Shown here piece after piece: positions 10,169 to 19,513 of a DNA stretch of 44,017 nucleotides (position 1 is its first letter; the number at the start of each line of letters is the position of its first letter). Below the pieces are notes generated by a model, which saw nothing but the letters and a program-made list of their open reading frames with translations, had not been told where the DNA came from and made no database searches. Position numbers and translations under genes: made by a program. Source of the DNA: Coleofasciculus chthonoplastes F2-STO-03 (GTDB taxonomy: Bacteria; Cyanobacteriota; Cyanobacteriia; Cyanobacteriales; Coleofasciculaceae). The stretch covers positions 1 through 44,017 of the forward strand of contig JAVJWO010000031.1 of assembly GCA_040222015.1 (NCBI GenBank). Direction: 5' to 3'.

Positions 10169-11872
10169 TCAAGCCACAGAGTCAATGTTGAGGGAATGAC
10201 CCAATACGCTAAAAACTTGGCGTTGCTCAAATAACTCCACTAAGTCGCCGTTAATTTTATTTTTGGTTGCTTCTTGGCGAAGGATTTTCAGTGCTGTTTC
10301 CAGGGGTAGCCGCCGCTTGTAGGGGCGATCGCTGGCGGTGAGGGCGTCATAGATATCGGCAACGGTGAGCATCTGGGTTTGGATGGGAATTTCATCTTGC
10401 TTTAAGCCTCTGGGGTAGCCACTGCCATCGAGTTTCTCGTGATGTCCATAGGCAATAATCGGAACGTCTTTGAGATGTTTTGTCCAGGGAATGCGTTGGA
10501 GAAAATGGTATGTGTGGGTAACATGAGACTCAATGCCCAGACGCTCTTCAGGGGTTAAATTTCCTTTTGGTACAAGCAATTGAACCATCTCTGCCTTGGA
10601 AATCAGGGGTTTGAGTTGACCATCTACATCTCGATAGGTGTATTGGGATAAAACAGTTAGTTGAGTTAATGTTTCCTCTGTAAATGCCTGAAAATCGCGA
10701 GTGAGCAGTACTTCTGGCTGATTAAGTTGTTGCACAAATTCCCGATAATGCTTGATTGTTTGAATGGCTTGAGCCAGTTGGGTATCAAGCTGTTCTAGTT
10801 TTTGGCAGTGAGGACAGCTCGAAGTTGAATTGTTATTGTCATGGCGATGGTCAGGATGTTCGAGTAAATACTTGAACTTGTTTTGAGCGCATTCCATTTC
10901 TAGAGTGCGCTGCGCTAGGGCAAAGCGATGGAGAATCACCTCTAGCTGTGAGGGATAGAGTTTCTTGCGCTTGCCCAAAATGGCTTCTGGGACTCCCACT
11001 TTGCCAAAGTCATGTAATAATGCCGCATAGCGAAGTTCTCGGATTTGGCGATCGTTCAAATACACGGAACTCAGAGAACCCTTGGTGATTGCCGACGTCT
11101 CTTCACAGAGTCGCACGGTGAGTTCTGCCACCCGTTCCGAGTGACCAGATGTTGTCGGGTCGCGTGTCTCAATAATTTGCACAGAGGCTCTGACAAAGCC
11201 CTCAAACAGATTTTCGATACTTTCTTGAAGATGATTGCGTTCAATGGAAATCGCCGCCTGAGACGCCAGCGATCGCACAATCCGCTCCTCCCATTCTGAA
11301 TAGGGCTGGGTCACGTCCACAGCGTTTTGGGGTGTGAGCATGACATCAGGGCGGCGCTTGCGATTAATCAGTTGTAATACGCCAATAATTTCCCCGTCTG
11401 GTTTTTGCATCGGCAAAACTAATACCGAACAAGTCCGATAGGGCATGTTCGTGTCAAAACTGCGGTCAAGGGCGTAAGGCACATTGGCGGGCAATTGATA
11501 CGCATCTGCCAACTTTAAACTTTCACCCGTTAGCGCGACGTACCCCGCCAAACTTTTACGGTTGAGAGGCATTACGAACTCGTTGAATGGCTTGTTGGGT
11601 AGTGAGTCATTCTGTGCCACCTTAAATAACAATTTCGGCTCTGCCTGAGTGTGATCGATCAGATACAGACTACCTGCATCACTAAACGTAATTTCCCTGC
11701 TTTTGGATAAAATGAGTCTGAGTAATTCCTCCAAATCATTACTACTTGAAAGGGCTGTACCAATTGCCAGTAACTGCTCTATCAGTTCTACCCTCTCAGA
11801 TGATTCTTGTAAAAATTCTTGATTCTCAAGGTTGGAGATATGGATTGGCGCTATTTTCATAAGTTTTTCCAC
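10169..11872 (-). CDS. GAF + HD-GYP cyclic-di-GMP phosphodiesterase
   Basis: N-terminal GAF (IGVLQLIN), TSGHSERVA, LHDFGK, HHEKLDGSGYP, ADIYDAL..RPYK. Confidence 0.93.
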   Translation of the reverse strand: MEKLMKIAPIHISNLENQEFLQESSERVELIEQLLAIGTALSSSNDLEELLRLILSKSREITFSDAGSLYLIDHTQAEPKLLFKVAQNDSLPNKPFNEFVMPLNRKSLAGYVALTGESLKLADAYQLPANVPYALDRSFDTNMPYRTCSVLVLPMQKPDGEIIGVLQLINRKRRPDVMLTPQNAVDVTQPYSEWEERIVRSLASQAAISIERNHLQESIENLFEGFVRASVQIIETRDPTTSGHSERVAELTVRLCEETSAITKGSLSSVYLNDRQIRELRYAALLHDFGKVGVPEAILGKRKKLYPSQLEVILHRFALAQRTLEMECAQNKFKYLLEHPDHRHDNNNSTSSCPHCQKLEQLDTQLAQAIQTIKHYREFVQQLNQPEVLLTRDFQAFTEETLTQLTVLSQYTYRDVDGQLKPLISKAEMVQLLVPKGNLTPEERLGIESHVTHTYHFLQRIPWTKHLKDVPIIAYGHHEKLDGSGYPRGLKQDEIPIQTQMLTVADIYDALTASDRPYKRRLPLETALKILRQEATKNKINGDLVELFEQRQVFSVLGHSLNIDSVA

Positions 11873-12489
11873 AGATATAAAGGATCACATCTTAAGGACT
11901 TGTCATGAGTTCAATTCTTTGACCAGCAAAGCATTGAAATACTCCTTTGATAGGGATAGATTCTTTTCTATTCAAATATTAAATTGAATGAAAGTATCAA
12001 AGATCTAGTATACCCACTAAATTTACCAAAGGAATCCGCCAAATATTGTATTTTTTCGATAAAGATGCGCTTCATTTTTCTCTGAATAAAGAAAATTTTA
12101 CCTTGTTTTTGTATAGTGTCATTGGAGAATGGCATTGTTTTTTAGGCGTATTTTAAATTAATTGATAAATTTTTTTTCAAATTAAATTTGATTCTATTGT
12201 TTAAAGTGTTTAGGCAACGATTAAACCTCAATTAATTGACAAGACAATAAACATCATAGATCAATATTTTTATCCATTAAATGCTTATGTCGCTAACCTC
12301 CATAACTAGGCTATGGGCGGGGTCGTTGATGGCTCTGCATACTCAGTCATCGGCATCAATAAAATGCCGCTTAATACCCTTATTCAAGGGTTCTGGCAAA
12401 AACTCCGGACATTTAGGCGAAATTGTTAACCACCCTTGATATTAAGTCCGGTTGAATACTTACACTTTGGTGGAAACAAGGCAGAAGGG

Positions 12490-14019
12490 TTAAACCTGGC
12501 GTTTCGTCCGTTGACGGTGTGCCGCTTGGCGTAGTTTAAGGCGGTAAGGATCAGCATCTTTGCGCCAGATGACACGATGCCCTTGGAGTTGGGCGCAATG
12601 GTCGATTAGGCATTGTTGCCAGCCTTGGCGCGTACCGATAGTTTGGGTATTATCCAGCAGTCCCCAGTCTTCTTCCTGACGAGTGAGTTTGGCAAATTTT
12701 TCGTACAGGGGATAATCTGGAGTGACGAAGGTTTCTTTACGGTGTAAGACGGGGGGATTTCTGGAGGCATCGTAATGGCGATAGGTAACCTGTAAATCCT
12801 GCAAGTCAATGTTCATGCTTGTGTGTAGTTCTGGATGGGGTTCAGTGTCGAAATTGGGATAGAACAGGTAGGATATTTTGGGTTGATTAATATGAAACTT
12901 GACTAAGGTTGCCCCCTCTAGGCGACCAACAGTCCGGCTGGCGCACCCTTCGTAGAGTCGGAGTGGGGCTTCGAGGGCTTCGAGGGCACAAACGTGGACG
13001 TAGAGGGCGCTGGGGAGAAGTTTACCCACTGGAGAGCGCTTGCAGCAATTGGCAATTAAGCCGGGATTGCCCACACTCAAGAGGATTAAATCAGCCGCAG
13101 CACAGGCTTGTTGATAGTTACCAAAGAAGGCTCTAATATCATTTTGGACTAAGGGATGTAACTGACCGAACTTGGGACGACCATTGAATTTAGCTAGGGC
13201 GAGATAGACGAGGAAATCATGGCGACGTTTATCTGCGATCGCATCCCATTCATTTTGCTCAGTCACTTGTAAAATAACCTTAAAGGCACGGCGTAGGGTG
13301 CCGAATTCTTCCAGGATTTCTTCGGTATTGGCGAGTTCTAGGGGACTGGGAAGGCGTCCCCGTTCGGTGATAAATGCCATCAGAGGGGCAAGCATATCTT
13401 TATAGCTCTCGAACCGCTTCACGCTAACGCGGATTCTGGGGGTAATGGTACGAGAACGGAAGCGGGATGCCCGGAAGCTTTCGGCTTGAGTGGAATCTCG
13501 GAAGATAAAATAGATGCCTAAGTCAACGGGAATAGCATCAACCCCTAATACTTGGTCAATGTAGGCTTTGAGTTCTTCTTGTTCGTAGTATTTCTGAAAC
13601 GTATTCCGGCGGGTGACAATACCATCACCATAAGCAATTTGTCCAGAACTACGGTCATCAATTAAAACTTGGGCAGAGACAATCAGCACCTTTTGGGTGA
13701 GTTCCCAGGCTTTTAGTAAGGCTTGGCGACGTTCTCCTGGCTTTTCAATCACGTTGATTACGTAGCCTAGGTTAACGATATCAGCGGGTACTAGAGAATT
13801 GCCGCCATGGTAGTAGGGGTCCCAACCTGCACAGGTATAACCTTGCTGACGCATACGGTTGATGTCACTACCACGACCACAGCCGTAGTCAAAAAAGGAA
13901 GTATCTTTAGTCAGAATGGCACTTTCTAGGGCTAGTCGCACTGGTTTAGACAAGTTAGTGCGGACTATTGCAGCCCTGTGACGCTCGATTTCAGTACCGT
14001 CTGGGATAGGAGCAACCAT
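12490..14019 (-). CDS. DNA phosphorothioation-associated putative methyltransferase
   Basis: RHRAAIVR..LSKPV, FDYGCGRG, GWDPYY, VNLGYVINVIE, TFQKYY, VLHRKETF. Confidence 0.85.
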   Translation of the reverse strand: MVAPIPDGTEIERHRAAIVRTNLSKPVRLALESAILTKDTSFFDYGCGRGSDINRMRQQGYTCAGWDPYYHGGNSLVPADIVNLGYVINVIEKPGERRQALLKAWELTQKVLIVSAQVLIDDRSSGQIAYGDGIVTRRNTFQKYYEQEELKAYIDQVLGVDAIPVDLGIYFIFRDSTQAESFRASRFRSRTITPRIRVSVKRFESYKDMLAPLMAFITERGRLPSPLELANTEEILEEFGTLRRAFKVILQVTEQNEWDAIADKRRHDFLVYLALAKFNGRPKFGQLHPLVQNDIRAFFGNYQQACAAADLILLSVGNPGLIANCCKRSPVGKLLPSALYVHVCALEALEAPLRLYEGCASRTVGRLEGATLVKFHINQPKISYLFYPNFDTEPHPELHTSMNIDLQDLQVTYRHYDASRNPPVLHRKETFVTPDYPLYEKFAKLTRQEEDWGLLDNTQTIGTRQGWQQCLIDHCAQLQGHRVIWRKDADPYRLKLRQAAHRQRTKRQV

Positions 14020-14231
14020 AGCTGAGTCAGCGAGCTTTTTGACTAATATACTAGGAAATTTAAGTGAGCGCTACTCTTGATGATCACAAAACAGAGATGC
14101 GATCGCGTTTCCTGGTTTTTTGGTAAACTCAAAGGTATTCCTCGCCTCATCATCACCCAGCTATGACCACAGTGACGATCAGCCTCTAAGATAAGAAATA
14201 ATTACTGTTCCTTATACGTTAATTCATCATC

Positions 14232-14294
14232 TGACAAATGACAAATGACAAATGACAAATGACAAATGACAAATGACGAATGACAAATGACCAA
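14232..14294. repeat. STRR (TGACAAA)x9 abutting the helicase start codon
   Basis: Nine heptamers (two variant); the last A plus TG forms the ATG at 14294. Confidence 0.9.
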
Positions 14295-17200
14295 TGCCAC
14301 GCATCTTTGACAACATAGAACAATCGCTGTTACCGACATTACGGGATACCCTGAGAATTTCCCAACGGGCTGATTTTTGTGTCGGCTATTTTAATCTGAG
14401 AGGATGGCGTAAAATTGATGATACGATTGAACAGTTTGGTGGTGGTGAAGGTGCTTGTTGTCGGCTGTTAATTGGGATGCAGCGCTTACCGAAAGATGAT
14501 GTGCATTCGGCGTTGGCGTTGGGGTATGAAGATAGAGGGATTGATAATAGCACGATTATTATTTACAAGAAACAAATTGCCCAAGACTTTTGTGAACAAT
14601 TAACCTGGGGCGCACCCACGAATGAGGATGAAGCAGGTTTGCGCCGATTGAGTCAGCAACTTAAAACTCAGAAACTGAGTGTTAAATTATTTCTGAGATA
14701 TCCGCTTCATGCCAAACTCTATTTGATTCATCGCCAGGATATCAATAATCCCACGATTGGCTTTTTGGGTAGCAGTAATCTGACATTATCGGGGCTACAA
14801 TACCAGGGCGAGTTAAATGTTGATATTTTAGACCATGATGCTTGTCAGAAGCTACAACTCTGGTTCAATCAGCGCTGGAATGACCGCTGGTGTATTGATA
14901 TTTCCCAGGATTTGGCGGAAATTATTGATCAGAGTTGGGCAAGGGATAAACTGATTCCGCCTTACTATATTTATTTGAAAATTGCCTATCATTTATCTCA
15001 GGAAGCCCGGGCGGGATTATCGGAATATCAGATTCCGCGTGAGTTTCGCCATCAGTTATTTGACTTTCAAAAAGCTGCTGTACAAATTGCTGCCCGTCAT
15101 TTAAATCGTCGCGGTGGCGTATTGGTGGGAGATGTTGTCGGGTTGGGAAAAACGTTAATTGCTTCGGCGTTAGCGAAGATTTTGGAGGAGGATTTTTTCC
15201 TGGAAACTCTGATTATCTGTCCCAAAAACTTGGTGACAATGTGGCAGGACTATGTTCACCGCTACGGGTTACGGGCAAAGGTTTTGTCCTTAAGTCGGGT
15301 ACAGATAGAGTTACCCAATGAACGCCGTTATCGGGTGGTATTAATTGATGAGAGTCATAATTTGCGAAATCGGGAGGGGAAACGTTATCGGGCAATTCAG
15401 GAGTATATGGCGCTGAATGAGAGTCGTTGTATTCTGTTGACGGCGACGCCTTATAATAAAACTTATTTGGATTTATCGAATCAACTGCGTTTATTTGTTC
15501 CTGATGATCAAGATTTAGGGATTCGTCCGGAAAAACTGTTGAGTGAGTTGGGCGGAGAAATCGAATTTAGCCGTAAACATCAAGCCCCCGTGCGTTCATT
15601 GGCGGCGTTTGAAAAGAGTGAGTATCCGGATGATTGGCGAGAATTGATGCGGCTGTATATGGTGCGTCGAACGCGCAGTTTTATTCAGGAAAATTATACG
15701 AAAGATGATGAACGAGGGCGCAAATATCTCACGTTTCCGGATGGGAGACGGGCATATTTTCCCCTGCGCCAACCCCAGACGATTCGGTTTAGTTTGGGTG
15801 CGGGGAATGATCCTTATGCGGCGCTTTATTCAGAGGAGATGGTTAATCTGTTGAATTCCTTAAATTTGCCTCGATATGGGTTGGGGAATTACGCGATATC
15901 AGAAAAGTCAGCCAAGGAGAAATCCTTAACCGCAGCGGAAGCGGTACAGCTTAAAGGGTTATCTCGCGCCGGGAAACGATTGATGGGATTTTGTCGGACT
16001 AACTTATTTAAACGCTTAGAAAGTGGTGGGGTAGCATTCCTGCAATCCATTGACCGCCATATCTTACGCAATTATATTTTCTTGCACGCGATCGCACAAG
16101 GCTTACCGTTACCCATTGGTTCCCAAGCGGCGGCGCTGCTGGATACTCGCACCAATGATGAGGATATGGATTCGGTGGCGGGAATGCTGTTAGATTCTGA
16201 TGATGAGGAAGAAGTCACCGGGGAAGAGTTATTATCTCAAACCGAGATAGACTATCGCCAACGGGCGGCGCTAATTTATCATGACTATGCGACTCGGTAT
16301 CAGGGGCGGTTTAAGTGGTTGCGTTCTCAGTTATTTAAGGCGTCGCTGAAAAAAGATTTACTGGCTGATGCGAAAGCCTTAATCAGTCTGCTGAATCAAT
16401 GTGGGGAATGGGATGCAAATCAAGATACTAAATTGGCGGCGTTAGTTCAGCTACTCACTCAGGTTCATCCCCAAGAAAAGGTATTGATTTTTAGTCAGTT
16501 TGCGGATACGGTACATTATCTGACTAACCAACTCCAGCAACGGGGAATTAATCAGGTTGCAGGCGTAACTGGGAATTCTATTAACCCGGCTGAAATCGCG
16601 TGGCGTTTTAGTCCTCTGAGTAACGATAAGTCTGTCTCCTCTGAAGAGGAATTACGGGTTTTAATTGCCACCGATGTCCTGAGTGAAGGGTTAAATTTAC
16701 AAGACTGTGCCATTATTGTCAATTATGACTTACCTTGGGCAATTATTCGCCTAATTCAACGGGCGGGACGAGTAGACAGAATTGGTCAAAATGCGGCTAA
16801 GATTCTTTGCTATTCGTTTTTACCCGCAGCGGGAGTGGAACGGATTATTCGACTCCGAGAACGCTTGCGTCAACGATTGCAAGAAAATGCGGAAGTGGTG
16901 GGGACAGATGAGGCGTTTTTTGAAGAGGATGGCAATGAACAGACGCTATTAGATTTGTATCACGAAAAAGCGGGAATTCTGGATGGCGATGAAGATAACG
17001 AAGTAGATTTAACGTCAGAGGCGTATCAAATTTGGCAGAATGCGACTCAGAATAATCCCACGTTGAAAAAGCAGATTGAAACCTTGGCAAATGTGGTCTA
17101 TTCCACCCGCAAGCATCTCCCCACGACTAGGCAACCGGAGGGGGTATTGCTGTATATGAAAACGGGGGAAGGTAATGATGCTTTAGCTTGGATAAATAAG

Positions 17201-17656
17201 CAGGGTAAAAGTGTTACTCAGTCTCAGTTTGAGATTCTGCGGATGGCGCGTTGCGAACCAGAAAATCAGGCAATTAACCGTCATCCTGACCATCACAATT
17301 TAGTGCAAAAGGGGGCGGAACTAATTGCGGAGGAAGAGAAAAGTACGGGGGGTCAATTGGGACGTCCTTCGGGGGCAAGATTTCGCACCTATACACGGCT
17401 GAAACGTTATGTGAAAGAGATGCCTTTGTTAGCCACGCCAGATTTACATAAAGCAATTGACCAAGTTTATCGTTATCCCTTGCGACAGTCAGCGATTGAC
17501 CGCTTGAATCGGTCGTTGAAAAGTGGGATGGATGACCAACAGTTTGCCGAGTTAGTCGTGGCGCTGTATTTAGATGACCGTTTGTGTTTTGTTCAGGAGG
17601 AAGGGAGAACTCAAGACCCGGAAATTATTTGTTCGTTAGGATTATTTCAAGGATAA
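14294..17656 (+). CDS. PLD-family nuclease fused to SF2 (SNF2-like) helicase
   Basis: LHAKLY..GSSNLT..ELN (PLD); GDVVGLGKT, DESH, TATP, VLIFSQF, SEGLNLQ, QRAGRVDRIG (helicase). Confidence 0.92.
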   Translation: MPRIFDNIEQSLLPTLRDTLRISQRADFCVGYFNLRGWRKIDDTIEQFGGGEGACCRLLIGMQRLPKDDVHSALALGYEDRGIDNSTIIIYKKQIAQDFCEQLTWGAPTNEDEAGLRRLSQQLKTQKLSVKLFLRYPLHAKLYLIHRQDINNPTIGFLGSSNLTLSGLQYQGELNVDILDHDACQKLQLWFNQRWNDRWCIDISQDLAEIIDQSWARDKLIPPYYIYLKIAYHLSQEARAGLSEYQIPREFRHQLFDFQKAAVQIAARHLNRRGGVLVGDVVGLGKTLIASALAKILEEDFFLETLIICPKNLVTMWQDYVHRYGLRAKVLSLSRVQIELPNERRYRVVLIDESHNLRNREGKRYRAIQEYMALNESRCILLTATPYNKTYLDLSNQLRLFVPDDQDLGIRPEKLLSELGGEIEFSRKHQAPVRSLAAFEKSEYPDDWRELMRLYMVRRTRSFIQENYTKDDERGRKYLTFPDGRRAYFPLRQPQTIRFSLGAGNDPYAALYSEEMVNLLNSLNLPRYGLGNYAISEKSAKEKSLTAAEAVQLKGLSRAGKRLMGFCRTNLFKRLESGGVAFLQSIDRHILRNYIFLHAIAQGLPLPIGSQAAALLDTRTNDEDMDSVAGMLLDSDDEEEVTGEELLSQTEIDYRQRAALIYHDYATRYQGRFKWLRSQLFKASLKKDLLADAKALISLLNQCGEWDANQDTKLAALVQLLTQVHPQEKVLIFSQFADTVHYLTNQLQQRGINQVAGVTGNSINPAEIAWRFSPLSNDKSVSSEEELRVLIATDVLSEGLNLQDCAIIVNYDLPWAIIRLIQRAGRVDRIGQNAAKILCYSFLPAAGVERIIRLRERLRQRLQENAEVVGTDEAFFEEDGNEQTLLDLYHEKAGILDGDEDNEVDLTSEAYQIWQNATQNNPTLKKQIETLANVVYSTRKHLPTTRQPEGVLLYMKTGEGNDALAWINKQGKSVTQSQFEILRMARCEPENQAINRHPDHHNLVQKGAELIAEEEKSTGGQLGRPSGARFRTYTRLKRYVKEMPLLATPDLHKAIDQVYRYPLRQSAIDRLNRSLKSGMDDQQFAELVVALYLDDRLCFVQEEGRTQDPEIICSLGLFQG

Positions 17657-17667
17657 AATAGGAAATC

Positions 17668-18240
17668 ATGATGACATCACTCACTATTCCAGAAACCCAG
17701 TTAACCCTCGCCGAGTTTTTGGCACAACCGGAAACCAAGCCAGCCAGGGAATATGTCAACGGTCAAATTCACCAAAAGCCCATGCCTCAAGGAGAACATA
17801 GTGTTTTACAATGCCGCTTATCTGGAGCAATCAACCAGGTGGGTATCCCTGATAAGTTAGCTCATGCTTTTACTGAGTTACGCTGTACCTTCGGTGGACG
17901 TTCTATTGTTCCCGATGTATCCGTTTTTACCTGGGAGCGTATTCCACGTAAAGCCAATAACCGGATTGAGAATAAATTTAAAATTGCCCCAGATTGGACA
18001 ATTGAAATTCTCTCTCCTGACCAATCCCCTAGCCGGGTAATTGATAATATTCTGTTCTGTTTAAATCATGGGACAAAGCTGGGGTGGTTTATTGAACCGG
18101 ATGATGAATCGGTTATGGTATTTCAACCGAATCAGTTACCTGTTGTCAAGTATGAGGCAGATAGTTTACCCATTCTGGATAATTTAGGCGATTGGCAGCT
18201 TACGGTGGCAGATGTATTTAGTTGGTTGAATTTAGAGTAA
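17668..18240 (+). CDS. Uma2 family endonuclease-fold protein
   Basis: PARE..QKPMPQGEHS, VPDV, APDWTIEILSP. Confidence 0.92.
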   Translation: MMTSLTIPETQLTLAEFLAQPETKPAREYVNGQIHQKPMPQGEHSVLQCRLSGAINQVGIPDKLAHAFTELRCTFGGRSIVPDVSVFTWERIPRKANNRIENKFKIAPDWTIEILSPDQSPSRVIDNILFCLNHGTKLGWFIEPDDESVMVFQPNQLPVVKYEADSLPILDNLGDWQLTVADVFSWLNLE

Positions 18241-18360
18241 AATTGCGTAGGGGCGCACCGACGTGCGCCCAGATAATATGTAACTTTGAGTTGAATGGTA
18301 CTGAGGTAAGGCTGGTGGGCAGTGCCCACCCTACAGAAGCTATAGAAATGCGGTGATAAT

Positions 18361-19008
18361 ATGGTTCAAACAATTCAAGCTAGAGATGTCACGCTAGAAC
18401 AATTAGAAACTTACTTCCAGCTTCAGCGAGTTGAGGATGAACAGTTCTTCCCAGAATGGCATGGTGATTTACCTGAACTTACCGACTGGCAAAACCAACT
18501 TTTAGAACAAGTTCGTTCGGGCTATTTCAATTTACTCAAACAACCCCCTTTACTAGAAAAACCTATCAACCTCGCCGTTGTCTCCCCGTTATTATTTATC
18601 GGACAATTTTATCTATCGCCTTGGAATTTAAGAGCCGAGAGCAGTGTCCAAATCTCAACTCAAGACGAAGAACGCGGAATTATGGTTAAAGGGAATCTTG
18701 ACACCTTGGTTCTCAAGGACAGACTTTGGGTGATGGTGATTGAATCCAAGCAAGCTCATTTCTCTGTAGAAGCTGGATTAGCGCAAATTCTCGCCTATAT
18801 GCTAGGAAACCCTAATTCAGCGCAACCGAGTTTCGGGATGATTACGACTGGGGGAAGTTTTCTTTTCCTGAAAGTTGTCAAAGATACTACCCCTCTGTAT
18901 GCTATGTCTGATTTGTTTGGAATTGGCAATCGCCAAAATGGTTTGGGTGATGTCCTTAGAATCTTAAATAAACTGATTCATCTATCTATTTCTGCTAATT
19001 TGGAATAG
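18361..19008 (+). CDS. Small PD-(D/E)XK protein resembling the HsdR N-terminal domain
   Basis: GNLDTLVL..VIESK, AQILAYM, GMITTG..FLK; multi-copy cyanobacterial family. Confidence 0.8.
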   Translation: MVQTIQARDVTLEQLETYFQLQRVEDEQFFPEWHGDLPELTDWQNQLLEQVRSGYFNLLKQPPLLEKPINLAVVSPLLFIGQFYLSPWNLRAESSVQISTQDEERGIMVKGNLDTLVLKDRLWVMVIESKQAHFSVEAGLAQILAYMLGNPNSAQPSFGMITTGGSFLFLKVVKDTTPLYAMSDLFGIGNRQNGLGDVLRILNKLIHLSISANLE

Positions 19009-19023
19009 ATTGGTACATCATCC

Positions 19024-19449
19024 GTGTCAACTTAAGGTGAAACCAATACTGGCAATGGTTTAAGCTGTGTCTATCTACTCCTCGACATTTTTCCCCTCAT
19101 CCCCTAACCCCTTCTCCCTCTCTGGGGAGAAGGGGAACTGCCCTCACCCCTCTCCCTGACAGGTGTAGGTTTTTTATTTTAGGGTGGGGACAAGACAAGG
19201 AGGGCAAGGAAGGAAAGTAGACAATGGGGTAAAACCGTACAGAATTAGGTTCGGTAAAGCTAACTATAAAAAGCCGAAACGCCCTATTTTTCGTTCTCAA
19301 TCTTCCTTATCTACTGGTCTACCTGTCTTCCTTGTCTAACCTGAACCCCAATCTTAAAAAACCTACCCTTGTGAGCTCCCCTCTCCCCGGTGTGGGAGAG
19401 GGGCTGGGGGAGAGGGGCTGGGGGAGAGGGGTTAAGCTTAAGTTGACAC
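19024..19449. mobile_element. Nested MITE-like elements
   Basis: Perfect outer IR GTGTCAACTTAAG (19024-19036 / 19437-19449); imperfect inner IR (core GTAGGTTTTTTA) bounding 19159-19372; CCCCTCTCCC..GGGAGAGGGG hairpins. Confidence 0.65.
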
Positions 19450-19513
19450 CAACACCAATGACGGAGCGTGCGCCCCTACGAACCTGTATCCTGAATTTTA
19501 GGAGATACGACTT

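Noticed and set aside
9633..10234. Short ORFs 9633-9833, 9925-10230 and 9986-10234
   Set aside because: Translations of REP/STRR and regulatory DNA; not protein-like.
11880..12300. Very AT-rich stretch as oriC unwinding element
   Set aside because: It is 2 kb from the box cluster, with no dnaA/dnaN nearby; the single TTTTCCACA at ~11865 overlaps a start codon. More simply a promoter region.
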